DNA of 64,000 nucleotides from assembly GCA_032718475.1 (NCBI GenBank), contig JAUCBJ010004543.1:1-64000 (forward strand). Reading direction: 5' to 3'. The stretch is from Nemertoderma westbladi (Eukaryota; Animalia; Xenacoelomorpha). Under the pieces are notes generated by a model. That model was given only the letters and a program-made list of their open reading frames with translations. It was not told the origin of the DNA and ran no database searches. The position numbers and the translations under genes were made by a program. This document shows, one piece after another, positions 11,662 through 25,600 of this stretch (the stretch's first letter is position 1; each line of letters starts with the position of its first letter).

Positions 11662-14102
11662 TTGGGGTGAAACAGACTGCTGGGAGGGGGGGAAAAAAAA
11701 TAAGAAAACCAGCAGGAAAACAAGGAAAAACAGAAAGGGGAAAAGAGGGAAAAGGGAAGAAAAAAAGAAAAAATTGTGAAAACATTAGACATATTGCTGA
11801 AATGATTTATTTTATAAGTAGATAAAAAAAGTATGGTTTTCATTTTTAAATAGGACATTATTTTAACTACTTCCATTGAAACCCCAGTCAAAAAATGTTC
11901 ATGCGTATCGCATGTGGGTCACGCATCTAATTCGCATGCGAATCGCATGGGAAAGTGTCGAGACCTTTAGAAGCGATACGCATGCGGATATCATGCGAAG
12001 TACCCATGCGTATCGCACGTGTCTAGCATGCGATTCTCTTCAGTGTAGAATAAACCAATGGCCATATATGACCAAATAAATTAACCCTATCTGGTCCGGT
12101 CTATTTTACTACTCAATTGGCCCAGGGGGGGAGGGGCAGAGGGGGTCATTTTAGACATTTGTTTATATCTTGGCTCAAAAATTATAATTTCGATGGTTTA
12201 AAGGTTTTCGAGGTCGATGTTTACGATAAAACTTGTTAAAAAAATATTCTGGCAATGCAACCATCATTTTTAGTGCCATCTGGTGCTCCAGAATGAAAAG
12301 TACAAAGTAGCAGAAATTTCAAACTGTTAAATTTTGCCTTTGAGCTAGGGCTGGGGTAAAACAGACTGTAAACAAGGGGGGAAAACAATTACGGGGAAAA
12401 ATGACCAGAGAGGGAGGAAAAACGCAGAAAAAGTAAAAACTCAATAATGTATTTTTGTGCCATACATATTTTTATTATAATTTTTATACATTTGTAAATA
12501 TTGAAACATCAATATTAATATTACAGTATATGAGAACATGTAGTATACATAAAATAGAGCATTGTACATTATAGAGTAACTTAAACAAATTTAACTTATT
12601 CAACTAATAATAAATAGGCCTTGCGAAATCATCTTACACGTTTAGTAAAGTCATTCAGCTCCTTATAGTGTCGTTATATTGTTCCAAAATCGATTTATTA
12701 TCAATGTAACGACATATGGCAGATTGCAGATGGGTCGTGTCCCCTTATAATATTTTTATGAACGAAGCCGTCAGGTATTTTATTGAAGTTTGCAATGTTA
12801 TAGCAGTTAGGGCATCTTCGTTTGTCTCTTATTGGCTCTCATCTATAATACCTCAAGGCCATAAGGTGTAGTCATTTGGGAGCAGCCTATTATATCTAAT
12901 AATTTAATACCACCAACCTCAACTATTGGATCTATTTTACTAAAATATCTTTAGTAAACAATTATCCTTTACGTCTAGCTATCAACGTAGGCTACTCTAC
13001 TCCTAAGACAAGGCTATGTTCATCTCAAAGATCCATTAGTTTTCAGGGCCAACAATATGGATCTCTGTCCCCTCTGCTGCCGTATAAGACATAAAAATCT
13101 AAAATACAGTACCCTTTTCGAAACACTCTAAACGTCACCTTCTAAATATATTAAAGTACACTTTAATCAATCAATCAAACATACATCTTACAAATTTTCC
13201 ATAACCTTTTCAATCCAATATTTTATATTTTATTTATTTCATAACTCGACTCATTAGTTTAGTTTTATATACCTGGAACAGCATCGGAACAACAGTGAAA
13301 CTATGTGCAGGAGATTAACGTAGAATAATTAATTATTTGTGTATTAACAGTAACAATCTCACACCTCACAATTCACATAATAGTAATATCCCACCCCCCC
13401 CCCCCCCCCTCCTTTTTTTTCACGCACTGCACACCACCCCTACCTGCCCGGCACTCCCAGACAATACATTGGGCTATAATACTAGCCTCACCATTGTCCA
13501 AAGTATTATTGTAACTTAACTTTTAATATTGTAATTATACAATATACTGTATATCTTACTCTATATGTGCAATGTGAATATCGGATTACCAATTAAACAA
13601 TAAAATTTAAACAATTGTCTTCTTTAGTCTAAAGTTCGCAACTGTTCGGTGGTCCACCCACACGAGCAAGACCATACACTACTGTACTACATATAGTACA
13701 TGCACGCACGTGTTGCACATGATGGGCGTACTTGACTGCGGGATTGCTGGAAATCCCCCCCCCCCCCCCCCCCCAAATTTATTTATTTATTTTTTTATTT
13801 TTTATTAAATTTATTTGCCCAAGTACATAAATAGTATTTTTTCCATAGTTAGAAAAACATTTCGAAGATATAAATGATAATATATTACACTTCTTTAAAT
13901 TTTTGTTGGTTTAGTTAATAATTTGTTACTAACTAATTTGTTTATTTGTTGGTTATATATATTTAATGTTTCTGTTAACACATATTATTTATATTTTTAA
14001 TTGTTTTTAGTGGGATGAAAGTTGCAGTGAGTTTACACGTTACCATTTTAGACTGTTTGTTTATTATTAATAAATAATTTTTACCAATACGTTGTGTTAC
14101 AG

Positions 14103-14184
14103 GTTGGTGCTACGGCTGGAATCCGCCCCACCATATCGGAGACACCAATCATATCTCGCATCGAACCTAAATCTACGTTTACAG
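14103..14184 (+). CDS. Linker exon (phase 0->1)
   Basis: ttacag| acceptor; VGATAGIRPTISETPIISRIEPKSTFT; ag|gtcagt donor. Confidence 0.7.
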
Positions 14185-14227
14185 GTCAGTTGATTATGTC
14201 ATTACAAATATGGACCAGGTGAGGTCA

Positions 14228-14954
14228 TGTTGAATTACTGGGAGCAAAACTTGGGATAGGAGTAGCGCCCACCCCTACCTTCGGGTAGCAGATAGGAGTA
14301 GCGCCCACCCGTACCTTCGGGTAGCAGATAGGAGTAGCGCCCACCCCTACCTTCGGGTAGCAGATAGGAGTATCGCCCACCCCTACCCTCGGGTAGCAGA
14401 TAGGAGTAGCGCCTACCCCTACCTTCGGGTAGCAGATAGGAGTAGCGCCCACCCCTACCCTCGGGTAGCAGATAGGAGTAGCGCCCACCCCTACCCTCGG
14501 GTAGCAGATAGGAGTAGCGCCCACCCCTACCTTCGGGTAGCAGATAGGAGTAGCGCCCACCCCTACCCTCGGGTAGCAGATAGGAGTAGCGCCTACCCCT
14601 ACCTTCGGGTAGCAGATAGGAGTAGCGCCCACCCCTACCCTCGGGTAGCAGATAGGAGTAGCGCCCACCCCTACCTTCGGGTAGCAGATAGGAGTAGCGC
14701 CCTCGCCTACCCTCGGGTAGCAGATAGGAGTAGCGGCCACCCCTACCCTCGGGTAGCAGATAGGAGTAGCGGCCACCCCTACCCTCGGGTAGCAGATAGG
14801 AGTAGCGGCCACCCCTACCTTCGGGTAGCAGATAGGAGTAGCGCCCACCCCTACCCTCGGGTAGCAGATAGGAGTAACGCCCACCCCTACCCTCGGGTAG
14901 CAGATATCGAGAGAGGAGCCTCCGGGTCGCCGCCGCCGGCCTCGGCCGACTGTT
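14228..14954 (+). mobile_element. 5'-truncated copy of the SINE-like element carrying about 18 x 36-bp tandem units
   Basis: Same left flank (actgggagcaaa-cttgggataggagtagcg) and right flank (atcga-agaggagc..cgggtcgcc..ggccgactgtt) as the 58287-62238 copy. Confidence 0.8.
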
Positions 14955-15002
14955 TTCTTGTTAAGGAAATTAATATGTTTTTATTTTAATTTTTATTCTT
15001 AG

Positions 15003-15075
15003 CTCCGAGTTCCATACCGGGTCGCTCTCAACCTGTATCTGTAGCTATTTCAGCACGTTCTGTTGTGACGTCTAG
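15003..15075 (+). CDS. Linker exon (phase 1->2)
   Basis: ttcttag| acceptor; APSSIPGRSQPVSVAISARSVVTSR; ag|gtaagt donor. Confidence 0.75.
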
Positions 15076-15240
15076 GTAAGTATAACGTGGTAAAACCACA
15101 CATTCATATGATATGCTATAACTTAGGCCTATCTTATAGCGGGGGGGGGGGGGGGGGGGGTACATACCAAGTTTATGCAACTTTAATCATTAATTAATTG
15201 TACGGATATCTGTTAATTCGGTTTAATTTATTTATTCTAG

Positions 15241-15379
15241 ACCTCACCCTCCCACTGTAGTAACCATGGTAACCACTACAGCTACTTCAACACCTACAAC
15301 AACTACGTCCACCACAACGCAAGCGCTATTCTACAAGGTACCGCAGCCACCGCCTGGCTCTATAGTAACGGAAGTAGAG
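15241..15379 (+). CDS. Thr/Pro-rich linker exon (phase 2->0)
   Basis: ttctag| acceptor; PHPPTVVTMVTTTATSTPTTTT..GSIVTEVE; gag|gtgtgt donor (an alternative in-frame donor aag|gtaccg lies near 15337). Confidence 0.7.
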
Positions 15380-15536
15380 GTGTGTAACGATACAGCGGTT
15401 AACGAAAATATATAATCTACTTATACTAAATAATACATTTAAACTTAATTATAATAACTTTCACTTTCTAACTTCTGTAACTTTCTTCTTCAAAAATATT
15501 TTTTTTGCTAATGAATATTTTACTTTTGTATCTCAG

Positions 15537-15674
15537 GAGGTGGAAACTGTCGAGACAGTATCGCACACCATCAAGCGGTTCCCAGTGGAACAATCGACCC
15601 CCGTGCGGGTGCAAAACCTAGATACCCCGCCGGAACGCAAGATGGCGAGGCACACAGCGTCCCACCACCCCCAG
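15537..15674 (+). CDS. Linker exon (phase 0->0)
   Basis: tctcag| acceptor; EVETVETVSHTIKRFP..ASHHPQ; cag|gtaact donor. Confidence 0.75.
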
Positions 15675-15925
15675 GTAACTATGGAAACCGTTACTCATAC
15701 TAGCAATGCTAAATTTAAAATAAAATTTACCAATAATAAATTATACCATTTTAATTAATTAATTTTAATTTAATTAATAAACTATTGGTTATTTAATAAA
15801 AGAACCCTCTTATTTAAGATTATACTGAACTAGAATACGGTTGTTGTCGATATTATTCCAATCTCTGAATCGTTTATTTAACTTATCAATTTGATATAAA
15901 CAAACTCTTCTATTTTTAATATAAG

Positions 15926-16163
15926 GTTGAATCTATACCAGACGAGGATTCCGCTAAGAGACAGACGAGTCGGAATATCAGACAAACTACACGATCCGTG
16001 GAACCGAACACCGGCCCCCCCAAGAAGCTCGCAAGAGCGACTACCGAAACGGAAGGTAGCGAAATCGACGGATTTCCGGAGTCCACGTCGAAGTCGACAA
16101 CGGAGAGACTCGAATCCAGTTCGCAGTCCGTCGTTATCGTAAAGACAGTCGTCGATTCCGAAG
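15926..16163 (+). CDS. Exon (phase 0->1)
   Basis: taag| acceptor; VESIPDEDSAKRQ..VVIVKTVVDSE; ag|gttcgt donor; joins the next exon to complete the motif DSE-GNK. Confidence 0.75.
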
Positions 16164-16486
16164 GTTCGTTTATATCGACGTAATATTTAGGCGGTCGTAG
16201 TCTACCGGATATGATGTAATGTACCTCGTCATACATTAGTGATCATCTTAACCGAATAACCGTCATATCTCCCAGATATGTCGTCATATCTCTCCTCTGT
16301 ACAGTAATATCTCCCTGGTATGTTGTTATGTATCCCTGATATGTTGTCATATCACATTGATATGCCTTTATATCCACTTTTCTTTACTTTACCAAAAGAA
16401 ACCATTTTCCCTTACGAAATCCCAACTGGCTTGGCATGGGATCGAACCAGGGACCTCCCAACTAGAGGAGAAATGAGAATATTTCT

Positions 16487-16822
16487 GAAGTTCGATGTTT
16501 GTCTGTATGTCTGTCTGTTATTTAGTCCGTTTTTGTAGAATTATTCAGACACTTATATCTCAGTCGTTCGTGGACGGATTTGGTTGAAACTTTGTAAGAT
16601 GACTCTGGGCGATGGTGTGCAAGTCAAGAAATAACCGGATTTCCGAAGTTCGATGTCTGTCTGTATGCCTGTCTGTTATTTAGTCCGTTTTTGTAGAATT
16701 ATTCAGACACTTATATCTCAGTCGTTCGTGGACGGATTTGGTTGAAACTTTGTAAGATGACTCTGGGCGATGGTGTGCAAGTCAAGAAATAACCGGATTT
16801 CCGAAGTTCGAATTCTGTCTGT
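16487..16822. repeat. 158-bp near-perfect tandem duplication (about 2.1 copies) with GTCT tracts, reminiscent of Helentron-associated (DINE/HINE-type) repeats
   Basis: gaagttcga starts at 16487, 16645 and 16803. Confidence 0.7.
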
Positions 16823-16857
16823 TATGGATTGATACTGATGGGCCACTAACAAACAGT

Positions 16858-17115
16858 ATTTTTTTTACGAGTGATTTTTTTTGCCAAACTTTTTATAGTT
16901 TTTTTTATGAATTTTTTTATTATATATATATTTTTTATATTTTATTAAATTTTTTATATTTTTATTATTTTTTTTATTTTTATTTTTTTTTTCTTTTTTT
17001 TATTTTTTATTTTTTTTTTTTATTTTTATTATTTTTTTATGAATTTTTTTATTTTTTTTATTTATTTTTTTTTTATATTTTTTTTTATGACTTTTTTTAT
17101 TTTTATTATTTTTTT

Positions 17116-17146
<31 letters not shown>

Positions 17147-17200
17147 TTTTTTATTATATTTATTTTACTATATTTTTTTAATTTTTGTGTATTTCTTTTA
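16858..17200. repeat. T/A low-complexity tract
   Basis: about 340 bp almost entirely T and A. Confidence 0.9.
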
Positions 17201-17343
17201 AAAAGTTGTAATTTAATATGTATTTCTGTGTGATACTCATGGGCTACCATACTACTATATCCCAGCTGATTGTTTCCCCATAAAGTTATGATTATAAAAT
17301 TATATTTCACTTTAGCGAAGAAAGAAATACTTTTTATTTTTAG

Positions 17344-17836
17344 GTAACAAGACGATTATACCCACCCGAGTGTCTGTGGACGACCCAGGTATCGAACAGC
17401 TGGTTGACCGTGGCCTGGTTCCGCCGACGGTGGGCCGGCAGCCGCGCGGAGTCGTCGAGATCACCCGGAGCACGGTAGACGAGGACGGCGCTCGGGTTGA
17501 GGCGAGTTTCTACGAGGCTACGGACCCCGCGGTCGCCTCGTTCCTCGCGGAGTCCGACCGGATCGGGACGGATCGTCGCCGCGTCGAGGACGACCGAACC
17601 GCGGCGGACGAGGGCGGGGATCTCGCCTCCCAATCGGTTCGCTATTCCGAGACCCGGAAGGAATCCTCCGAGCGGTTCGTCATCGTGACTCGGACCGCCA
17701 CCGACGAGGCCGGCAATCAGATAGAGGATCGTAAGAAATACAGAGCGGATGATCCAGAGATAGCGCATCTTCTAGAACTACAACAAACTGGGATCGAACC
17801 CACACCAGAGCCCAAAAGTTTCATTACTACTGATAG
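17344..17836 (+). CDS. Exon with hairpin-helix modules (phase 1->2)
   Basis: tttttag| acceptor; GC-rich ORF 17370-17840; ag|gtaagt donor. Confidence 0.85.
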
Positions 17837-18039
17837 GTAAGTTCATTCATTCCTTCATGTCCCGGCGTAAGGCCCACGTAGCTTTAATTAGTTTAATATA
17901 ATATAAAATAAAGACAAAACAAAGCATCACAGTAAGGTGGTAGGAACAATATTATAAAACGCTTCATCGTTTCAATGTCAAACGTTTCAATGTATGATGT
18001 GGTAGGTCTATAGGTTCCATCTGATTTCTCGTTTCATGG

Positions 18040-19597
18040 TAAATATATGACAAGACACTACCTATAGAAACAGGGGACTTCACACCTGCCGAACTCCAAA
18101 GAAGCATTAAAAGCATGTCCAATAATAAAGCGAATGGATTAGATGAAATCCCAGCGGAGGTATGGAAAACAGGAGTGCTAAACAGACCATTATTGAATGT
18201 TTGCAATCGGATGTTAAAAGGGGAAAAGCCACCACCAATTTGGACTAAAGGTCAACTAAAGCCTCTCCCCAAGAAAGGAGTCCTCGACATACCAACAAAC
18301 TATCGTGGGATCTGTCTGCTTGTGGTAGCTGCCAAAATATACAATAAAATGATTCTATATAGGATTAGGCCTCACATAGAGAAACTACTGCGTGAGAGCC
18401 AAAACGGATTTCGACCAAATAGATCAACAATAGCTCAGATACTTGCACTACGGAGACTGATTGAAGGAATTAAGTCAAAGAATCTCCACGCAGTCATGAC
18501 TTTTGTGGACTTCAAGAAGGCATTCGACTCCATCCATAGAGGTAAAATGCTTGAAATCCTAAGAGCTTATGGAATACCAGAAGTAATTATTGCTGGCATT
18601 GGATTGTTATATTGTGACACAGAAGCGCAGGTACTCTCACCAGATGGCGAAACTGAGTTTTTCTCAATCCTGGCTGGCGTACTGCAAGGCGACACATTAG
18701 CACCATTACTATTTGTAATTGTGCTGGATTACGCAATGAGGACGGCCACAAAGGGTGAAGATCTGGGATTCACACTTCAAGAACGCAGAAGTAGTAGATA
18801 TCCGGCAACTACAGTCACAGACACCGACTTTGCGGATGACATCGCCATGCTCTCTAATTACGCTAGCAGATGCACAGCTTCTACTAAATAAAGTGGAGAG
18901 GGCTGCTAAGGAGGTTGGATTGCATATAAATGCTACAAAAACCGAATTCATGACCTTTAATGTTGATGGAAACTTGACACCATTGATAATTATCAACTAA
19001 GGAAGGTCGACGACTTCCAGTACCTTGGATCATGGATAGAGAGTAGCAAAAAGGACATAGAAGTTAGGAATGCAAAGGCTTGGGTAGCTCTATCAAAAAT
19101 GGATACCATCTGGAAATCAGATCTCTCCAGGCACCTGAAGACTAAGTTCTTTCGAGCCACAGTGGAAAGTGTATTTTTATACGGGGGTGAGACCTGGACA
19201 CTGACTAAATCACTTGAACAACGAATTGATGGTTGCTACACAAGACTACTGAGGGCAGCCCTAAACATCAGCTGGAGACAACACATGACAAACACCGAGC
19301 TTTATGGTACAATACCACCTGTATCAATCACCCTCCGTGAACGCAGATTAAGATTCAGTGGGCACTGCTGGTGAAGTAAAGACGAGGTCATACCAGATCT
19401 ACTTTTCTGGCAACCAACTCATGGAAAGCGTAGTCGTGGATGACCGGCCATAACATATATAGATCAACTTGAAAGGGATACTGAACTCGGGAGAAACGAA
19501 ATTGCGACAACTATGGAGAATCGGGAAGCCTGGAAGGATCTCATTTTCACTGTCCGAGTTCGCTCGACCTAGTAGTAGTAGAGTAGAGTAGTAGTAG
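18040..19597 (+). mobile_element. 5'-truncated, decayed RTE-type non-LTR retrotransposon (reverse transcriptase)
   Basis: NYRGICLL, QNGFRPNRST, FVDFKKAFDSI, GVLQGDTLAPLLF, DFADDI, LYGGETWTLT and RLRFSGH motifs; frameshift near 18860 and internal stops; (AGT)n 3' tail at 19571-19597. Confidence 0.9.
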
Positions 19598-20019
19598 TTC
19601 TTTTAAGGTTATATCTGTGAGTGGCCAAGGATATTAAGGATGGCAATGCTGCCTTCCAATACATCATTAAGTATACGTTATATAATACGCAGTAATAGTC
19701 TCCATTTAGATGTAAACTGAGTAGTCGTCCAAACAGTGTTAGTTTATCATTGTTACTGTTGAAAAGGTTGTATTTTGATCTACATTATGCGCCGAAATCG
19801 CATCGATTAAATCAGGTGTACCGAAGAAGACATTTAGAACCGAATTTTTGACGCTGTTTCCTACCTGCTGAATACTTCGAATTCCTTTCCTACAAGAGAA
19901 TGTTGTTGTTTGCTTGTTAATGGCAGTCAAATTTAGGGAAGAAGATCCGTTGTAGAGAATGCTGGGGATGCAAATTGATATCCAAATTGTCGCAGTAAAG
20001 TATAATATAAAATAATATT

Positions 20020-20267
20020 GGTTATTTATATAGCGCTTTTCTACGCTCAGCATACTCAAAGCGCTTTTATTATCATTACCCTACCCCAGCAAAGCCAGGT
20101 TCCCATTATACCGCTGGGTTGGCGTAGGCACTAATGTCTAAAGTGTCTTGCCGACACAACAGTGCGAAATTTCTACAGCCTTTAGTCGGATTCGAACCTG
20201 CACCACCAAACACTATTGTCAGATTGTGTAAGCAGTTCAGGCGCCGTATCCACTCGGACACTGCGAC
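20020..20267 (-). mobile_element. tRNA-derived SINE
   Basis: On the minus strand: A box (gtgtccgagtgg), B box (ggttcgaatcc), central ggcaagacacttta..aatgggaacc, and an L2-like tail aagcgctttgag..aaagcgctatataaat. Confidence 0.7.
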
Positions 20268-20434
20268 ATCAAAGGCAAAGTAAGTTACTCCGTGGTTTAC
20301 AAAATGGAAACGATTATGTGTATAGTCAGTATTCTTTCAGTATTGTGCTTTCCCATTTTGGGCACACGCACTCGCTTAGGTAGAAGTGATTAATAATTTC
20401 TTCATTATCATATTTATTTTTACTTCATATTTAG

Positions 20435-20952
20435 GTATGTGGAAGTCAGTAAAGTTTCGTACGACGATGCTGGCAAGGAAATTGTCGAGGTGCGAAAGTT
20501 TAAAGCGGATGATCCCGCCATACAGGAGTTCATAGGAGACTCCGTGCTGGAGGAAGAGGTGACCATGACCCGGACATACCAGAACACGATAACAAAATCA
20601 ACCGAGGAGGAATATATCCCATTGAATCAGCTGCGGGAAGGGCCAACCGAGTGGGAAACTAAACTCTCCTTCCGGACGGCGGAAACTCCGGATTCTAGTC
20701 CGCGATCTCCAAGGGACGCTCCCGGGTCGCCACACGTGACTCTGCACGAGACGCAAAGCGTTTCCGAAACTGCGGGAAAGTACCTGGTGCTTACCCGGAC
20801 CTACATCAGCAAGGAAGGCGAGGAAACGTACGAGAGGAGGAAGATTAGTCCAAATGATCCCGAAGTTGCGAAACTTGTTGCCGACGGAGTTTTGGACCGG
20901 GATGATTATGTCGTAACCGACAAATATGTGGAAGTTACACGGACAGTTAAAG
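20435..20952 (+). CDS. Exon with hairpin-helix modules (phase 2->1)
   Basis: tttag| acceptor; YVEVSKVSYDDAGKEIVEVRKFKADDP..VEVTRTVK; ag|gttcgt donor. Confidence 0.85.
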
Positions 20953-21860
20953 GTTCGTAGATTTATCTTACTTGAAAATAGCGACTCCAATTAGTTTTAT
21001 ATGTAGATGAAAATGAGAAAACAAAATTCTAACCCTAAAAGTAAACCTTCAACTTATCCAAAATCATCAATCGTAGGCATAATATTCCACTGATCATCCT
21101 ATTTAATTTCCTCTCTATTTACATTATTTTTATTGTTATGGTTGTTTGGAAACACAACAATAGTGCCCAAAAGCTATGGTTCACTTTTTCATATTGAGGG
21201 ACTGCCCTGCTAAATGTTATTAATGACAGAATCAAATTGACCAAATTGACTTCTATTACAGGAATACAGGCAGAATTACATAGTGGACATCTCACACTTT
21301 CTTTTAACCACTAAATTTCTCAATTTCCGCTTATAGACTATAACTTCTTTAAAAGCCACGACAATGGCAAATTGAATGAAGCAAAAAATGTTTAATTTAG
21401 AGTTTAGAATACAAATTATAATAAATAATTTATATGGTCGATAAGTATGTTTTTGGACGTGTTAGAGTAAAATAAGGTTGTTTTCGAATGAGATAAACTT
21501 TACTGGTATTTTTTGCTGGCAGAATCGCACCGGTTGTCATGAGGCGAAATGAAGCTGTGGACAAATAAATATCGCGTATTTTACAACTTCAAAAATGTAC
21601 ATAATGGCGATAAATTGGAATTTCTAAGAAAATTTGTGCATAAAAATCACAGATAAATAAAACAAGAGGATAGGTAATTAATTTGTCTTTTGTCAACGGA
21701 ACACAGATAATATATTATCAAAACCCGTATTACTTTTTTGTGTTTTCAACCATCAGTTGATTATTTTATATAACGGTGATCGTAGGTCTGTAAAACGCGG
21801 TTCCTGATCCTGTTACGTATTTCATTGAAGAATTTGCGGATCCCAATAGGATCCTCTGAA

Positions 21861-22024
21861 CTTGAGACGCATCTTAAAGGACACTGGCCTTGAAGATGCG
21901 GATGATCGAGCAAATGTCATGGGTGATAGGGAGTTGTGGCGGCGCAATTTTGTCGACAAACCGGCACAGCATTCTTAAACATGCAACTGCAATACAGCAT
22001 GCCGATCCTAGTGTCAGTAGTACT
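21861..22024 (+). mobile_element. Short 3'-end copy of the LINE at 56400-57292
   Basis: cttgagacgcatcttaaaggacactggcc..gccgatcctagt is nearly identical to 57127-57285. Confidence 0.85.
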
Positions 22025-22632
22025 GATCCTAGAAAATGCGGTACCTCAGAGAAAATTAATAGCAATAAATCCATATCCTGGGAAAGCCCAATCTATTAGT
22101 CTAGTTGTATTAGTCTAGTAGTTTGCATTTCCTGTGATACTGAAGCGGCGGCCAAATTGCAGATTATTAATCAATAAAGATTTTACAGCGATGATATTAT
22201 TGAAGACCGACAACACCCGCTGGATAGGTTTAACTTTTTGATCTTTTTATCTTTATGACCTGGAGATTGGCAGCTGCTAACACAGGAATGTAAATCCAAC
22301 TAATAGTTGTGGTTTTCGATTCAGGACTCGTTGAACTATTTCCTCAGTGGATGAGGATGGTTGGTGAGGTCCCTCTGGTTCGTTTGCAATAATTTGGGGC
22401 ATCCCAGTATTATTCTACAGTCTATGGAATAGCGGCTGTATACCTGTATTGCTTTTCAATTAATGTCACAGCCCAATATTAGATCCGTGGATCCGCAGAC
22501 CAACTGAGCTCCGTTAATGCTTCTGTATTATATATCCGTTACACGATCCTTGGATTTTTCTGGGTTCTTCGTTTTGTAGGGGTACCTGTATTTCTTGGTT
22601 TTTATTGCATCTCAAAATCATTTTTCTTGCAG

Positions 22633-25600
22633 ATAGCGATGGTACTGAAGTGACAGAAAAGCGAAAGTACCAGCCAGATGATAAAGAGTTGAAAGAAATC
22701 TTGAAGCAATGCGACGTTGATGAATCTGAATTATTGGAGAAGTCGCAGCAGCCATGTAGCGATTTCCCGTCTGAGGTTTACGACGCTAAGCGGTTTATGG
22801 GGAGTGAATCGCGTTCATTATTCGAGGAATCCCGCAGCTCATCTGGTCACCCGGATGTGCCGCGTCTCGATGACATATCTGGGACATCGACTCCCATATT
22901 GGAGTTCTCCGTTCAAACTGTAAAGATAGGACAAGAAATAGTTGGTGAAGAGCAGAGGTTTTTTATAGTTTCTAGGGTAACAATTGACAGCGAAGGGCGT
23001 AGAGTGGTAGAAAAACGACGTTGTGTTGATAGTGACCCGGAATTACTAATATTAATTAACCAAGGTAAACTGGGAAAGGTATCATCTCCCAGTGGCAATC
23101 GAGTTTATTGTGAAGAGGAATACGTGGAAGTTTGCTCTGTGACTACTGACAGTGAGGGTCGTCGGCTAATTGATTCCCAGAGATTCGCTTGTGACGATCC
23201 CCAACTTGAGTCTGTACTGAATTCGAATGCGGAATTCCGTCGGCGTCTGCAGGAACTTCGGAGTGACGCTGAACATTCCCAGGATCTCCTCGATGTTGGC
23301 GACTTGGCCGTCAGTCCTGATGGTGATTCCGGATTTACTTCACCCAGAGCGCGATTATTCCCAGTGAAGCAGTTGGAAAGCCCCGACGGCATTCCTGCCT
23401 CAGAGTTAGATATTGTAAAGGTTTCCATACAGTTAATCACTTTATCTCAGGAAGATCCTTCAGAAGGTTGGATTGTTCATACTCGAATCCTTATCGATGA
23501 TTCTAGCAAGTTTATTGTTCGGAAGAAACGATATCGACCTAATGATCCTGAGCTGGTAAAACTATTAGAATCTTCTCAAAGCAAACTCTATCGAAATCTC
23601 ACAAAAGATGAACTAGTTGAAGTAACTATGTATTATAATGCTGCTAAGAATAAAGAGGCCATAGTTGATACGAAACTTTATAGATTTGATGATCCTGACC
23701 TTAAGACTATTATAGTAAATAATGATTTGCAACAACAACTCAAGGAATTAAGGGGTTATCTTGCCTCACAATCTGAAAAAGACATTGACATTGCCAACTT
23801 AGATGGCACCAGACAACCTTCAGCCCCAATTAGTTTCAGTGATGCGGAGATTACACGTGAGCAATCTCATGTAACATCAATTTCTGTAATGGATAGTGTC
23901 AGTGATTCCGGCGAAAAGGTTGTATGCGTTCAAAAAATTATTGAGTGCATATCAGGTGAGAAGAAGGTAGTTCGCGACGATTATCCACCGGATCATGAAG
24001 TGGTTCGTGAACTCGAATCAAAAGGAATGATACCCAATCATCGTCCGTCTGGCGTACTATTTGATACTGGACCTTTACGAGATGGTCTTCCTTTGTTGAA
24101 AGACCAGTGGGTGCAGCGTAATGATCTACAGGAAGATCAATATGGACTTCAAGTCCAATTTCAAACTGTAACTATTGAGGAAGAAATTACAGAAATAGGC
24201 GAGCAAACTGTTTATTTCCGAAGGCCTTCCACACCACCCCAATATTCTGATTGGGGAGGTGATGGACCACATGGCGCCAGTCCAGATGGAGGACACATAG
24301 TTGATGCAGAAGGAGATATTGAACCTAATGTGGAATTTCGGTCCAAATTTGTTACTGAAGAAAATATAAGTCATTACGAACAAGAGATTAATCTTTCTTC
24401 TCCTGACGATTCCCATAGAGTGGTGGAGGAGGAACTTCCGGCAGGAATTTCTATTTCAAAACATAAATTATCTGCCTCTCCCCTCAATGAAATTCATATA
24501 AAAAGTTTGAAACTCCCATCATTACCTCAAATTATATCACCTCTAAATTTGTCTAATGATATTGAAGATGCTGATACTTCAGTTGATGTGGAGGTTACAG
24601 TCCAAACCTTGAGAACTGATGACCAATTTGTATTGGATGCTGGTGAAGAAATTGATGATGATAATGTTGAGTACGAGATAGAGTTTACAATTCAGACAAT
24701 AAAATCTACAGGTGAACGAGTCATTTTTCCTGAAAAGCTTTGCACTTTAAAGAAAATAAAACCTAATCCTGATGGACGGTTGGACGAATATATTTACCAT
24801 ATGTCTCACACAAGTGAAGAATTGCAGAATTTGATAAGATCAAATAAATTGCCATATTATACTTCAGAATTGATTATTGAAGTGCAACAACCCTTTGAAG
24901 GCCCTACAAGTGTTCAAACTGGTCGAATATTTGAAAAAATCACACATGACATTAAAGCTGTACGAGAGCTTTTTAAACTTAATGACAACATTAATCTTTC
25001 TGCAGAGTATACTATCCAAAAACTGAGAATTTGTGAAGATCATACTGAGGTTTCTGGTCAGATTGTATCTGTAAAAGTGAAATCTGACTCTCAAACTTTT
25101 GTTGAAGATATTTTCACAACTGATCATTTTGTTGTTTCTAATCTTATTGAAATAGGTATGTTCTCTGGTGATATTGTCGCACAAGATACTCCACTAGAGC
25201 CCAATGTTCTAGAAATGCGTTCTATTCAAGGAGATTTGGAAATTATGTCATCTAAGTGTTCTGTTAAACTGGTAAAGCCGGAGGAAATTTCTAATTTTTT
25301 TACTAAATTAAATCGAGCCTGGTCTAAAGACAAAGCCCCTCCTATTCATGTACCAACTGAAATACGTATTGAATCTCTCCAAGTGGCTCCAAAATCACCA
25401 ATCGAATCAGAACTGGATGACAGTGTGGTTGATGAATCAATAGACTACGACATTGAAATTTCAGTACAAACTAAGAAATTCACACAATTTAAACAGGGGG
25501 AACCTATCAGAGATCAATCACCATTGGAAAGTAATATTCCAGAGGTTGTGGAGGTAGAGATAAAACATCATGTTCATGAAACATTTGAACAATACCATGT

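Noticed and set aside
14011-14026. Possible micro-exon ttttag|tgggatgaaagttgca|gtgagt
   Set aside because: It would be phase 0->1, incompatible with the following phase-0 exon at 14103. It could only work as a mutually exclusive alternative to that exon, which cannot be supported without RNA data.
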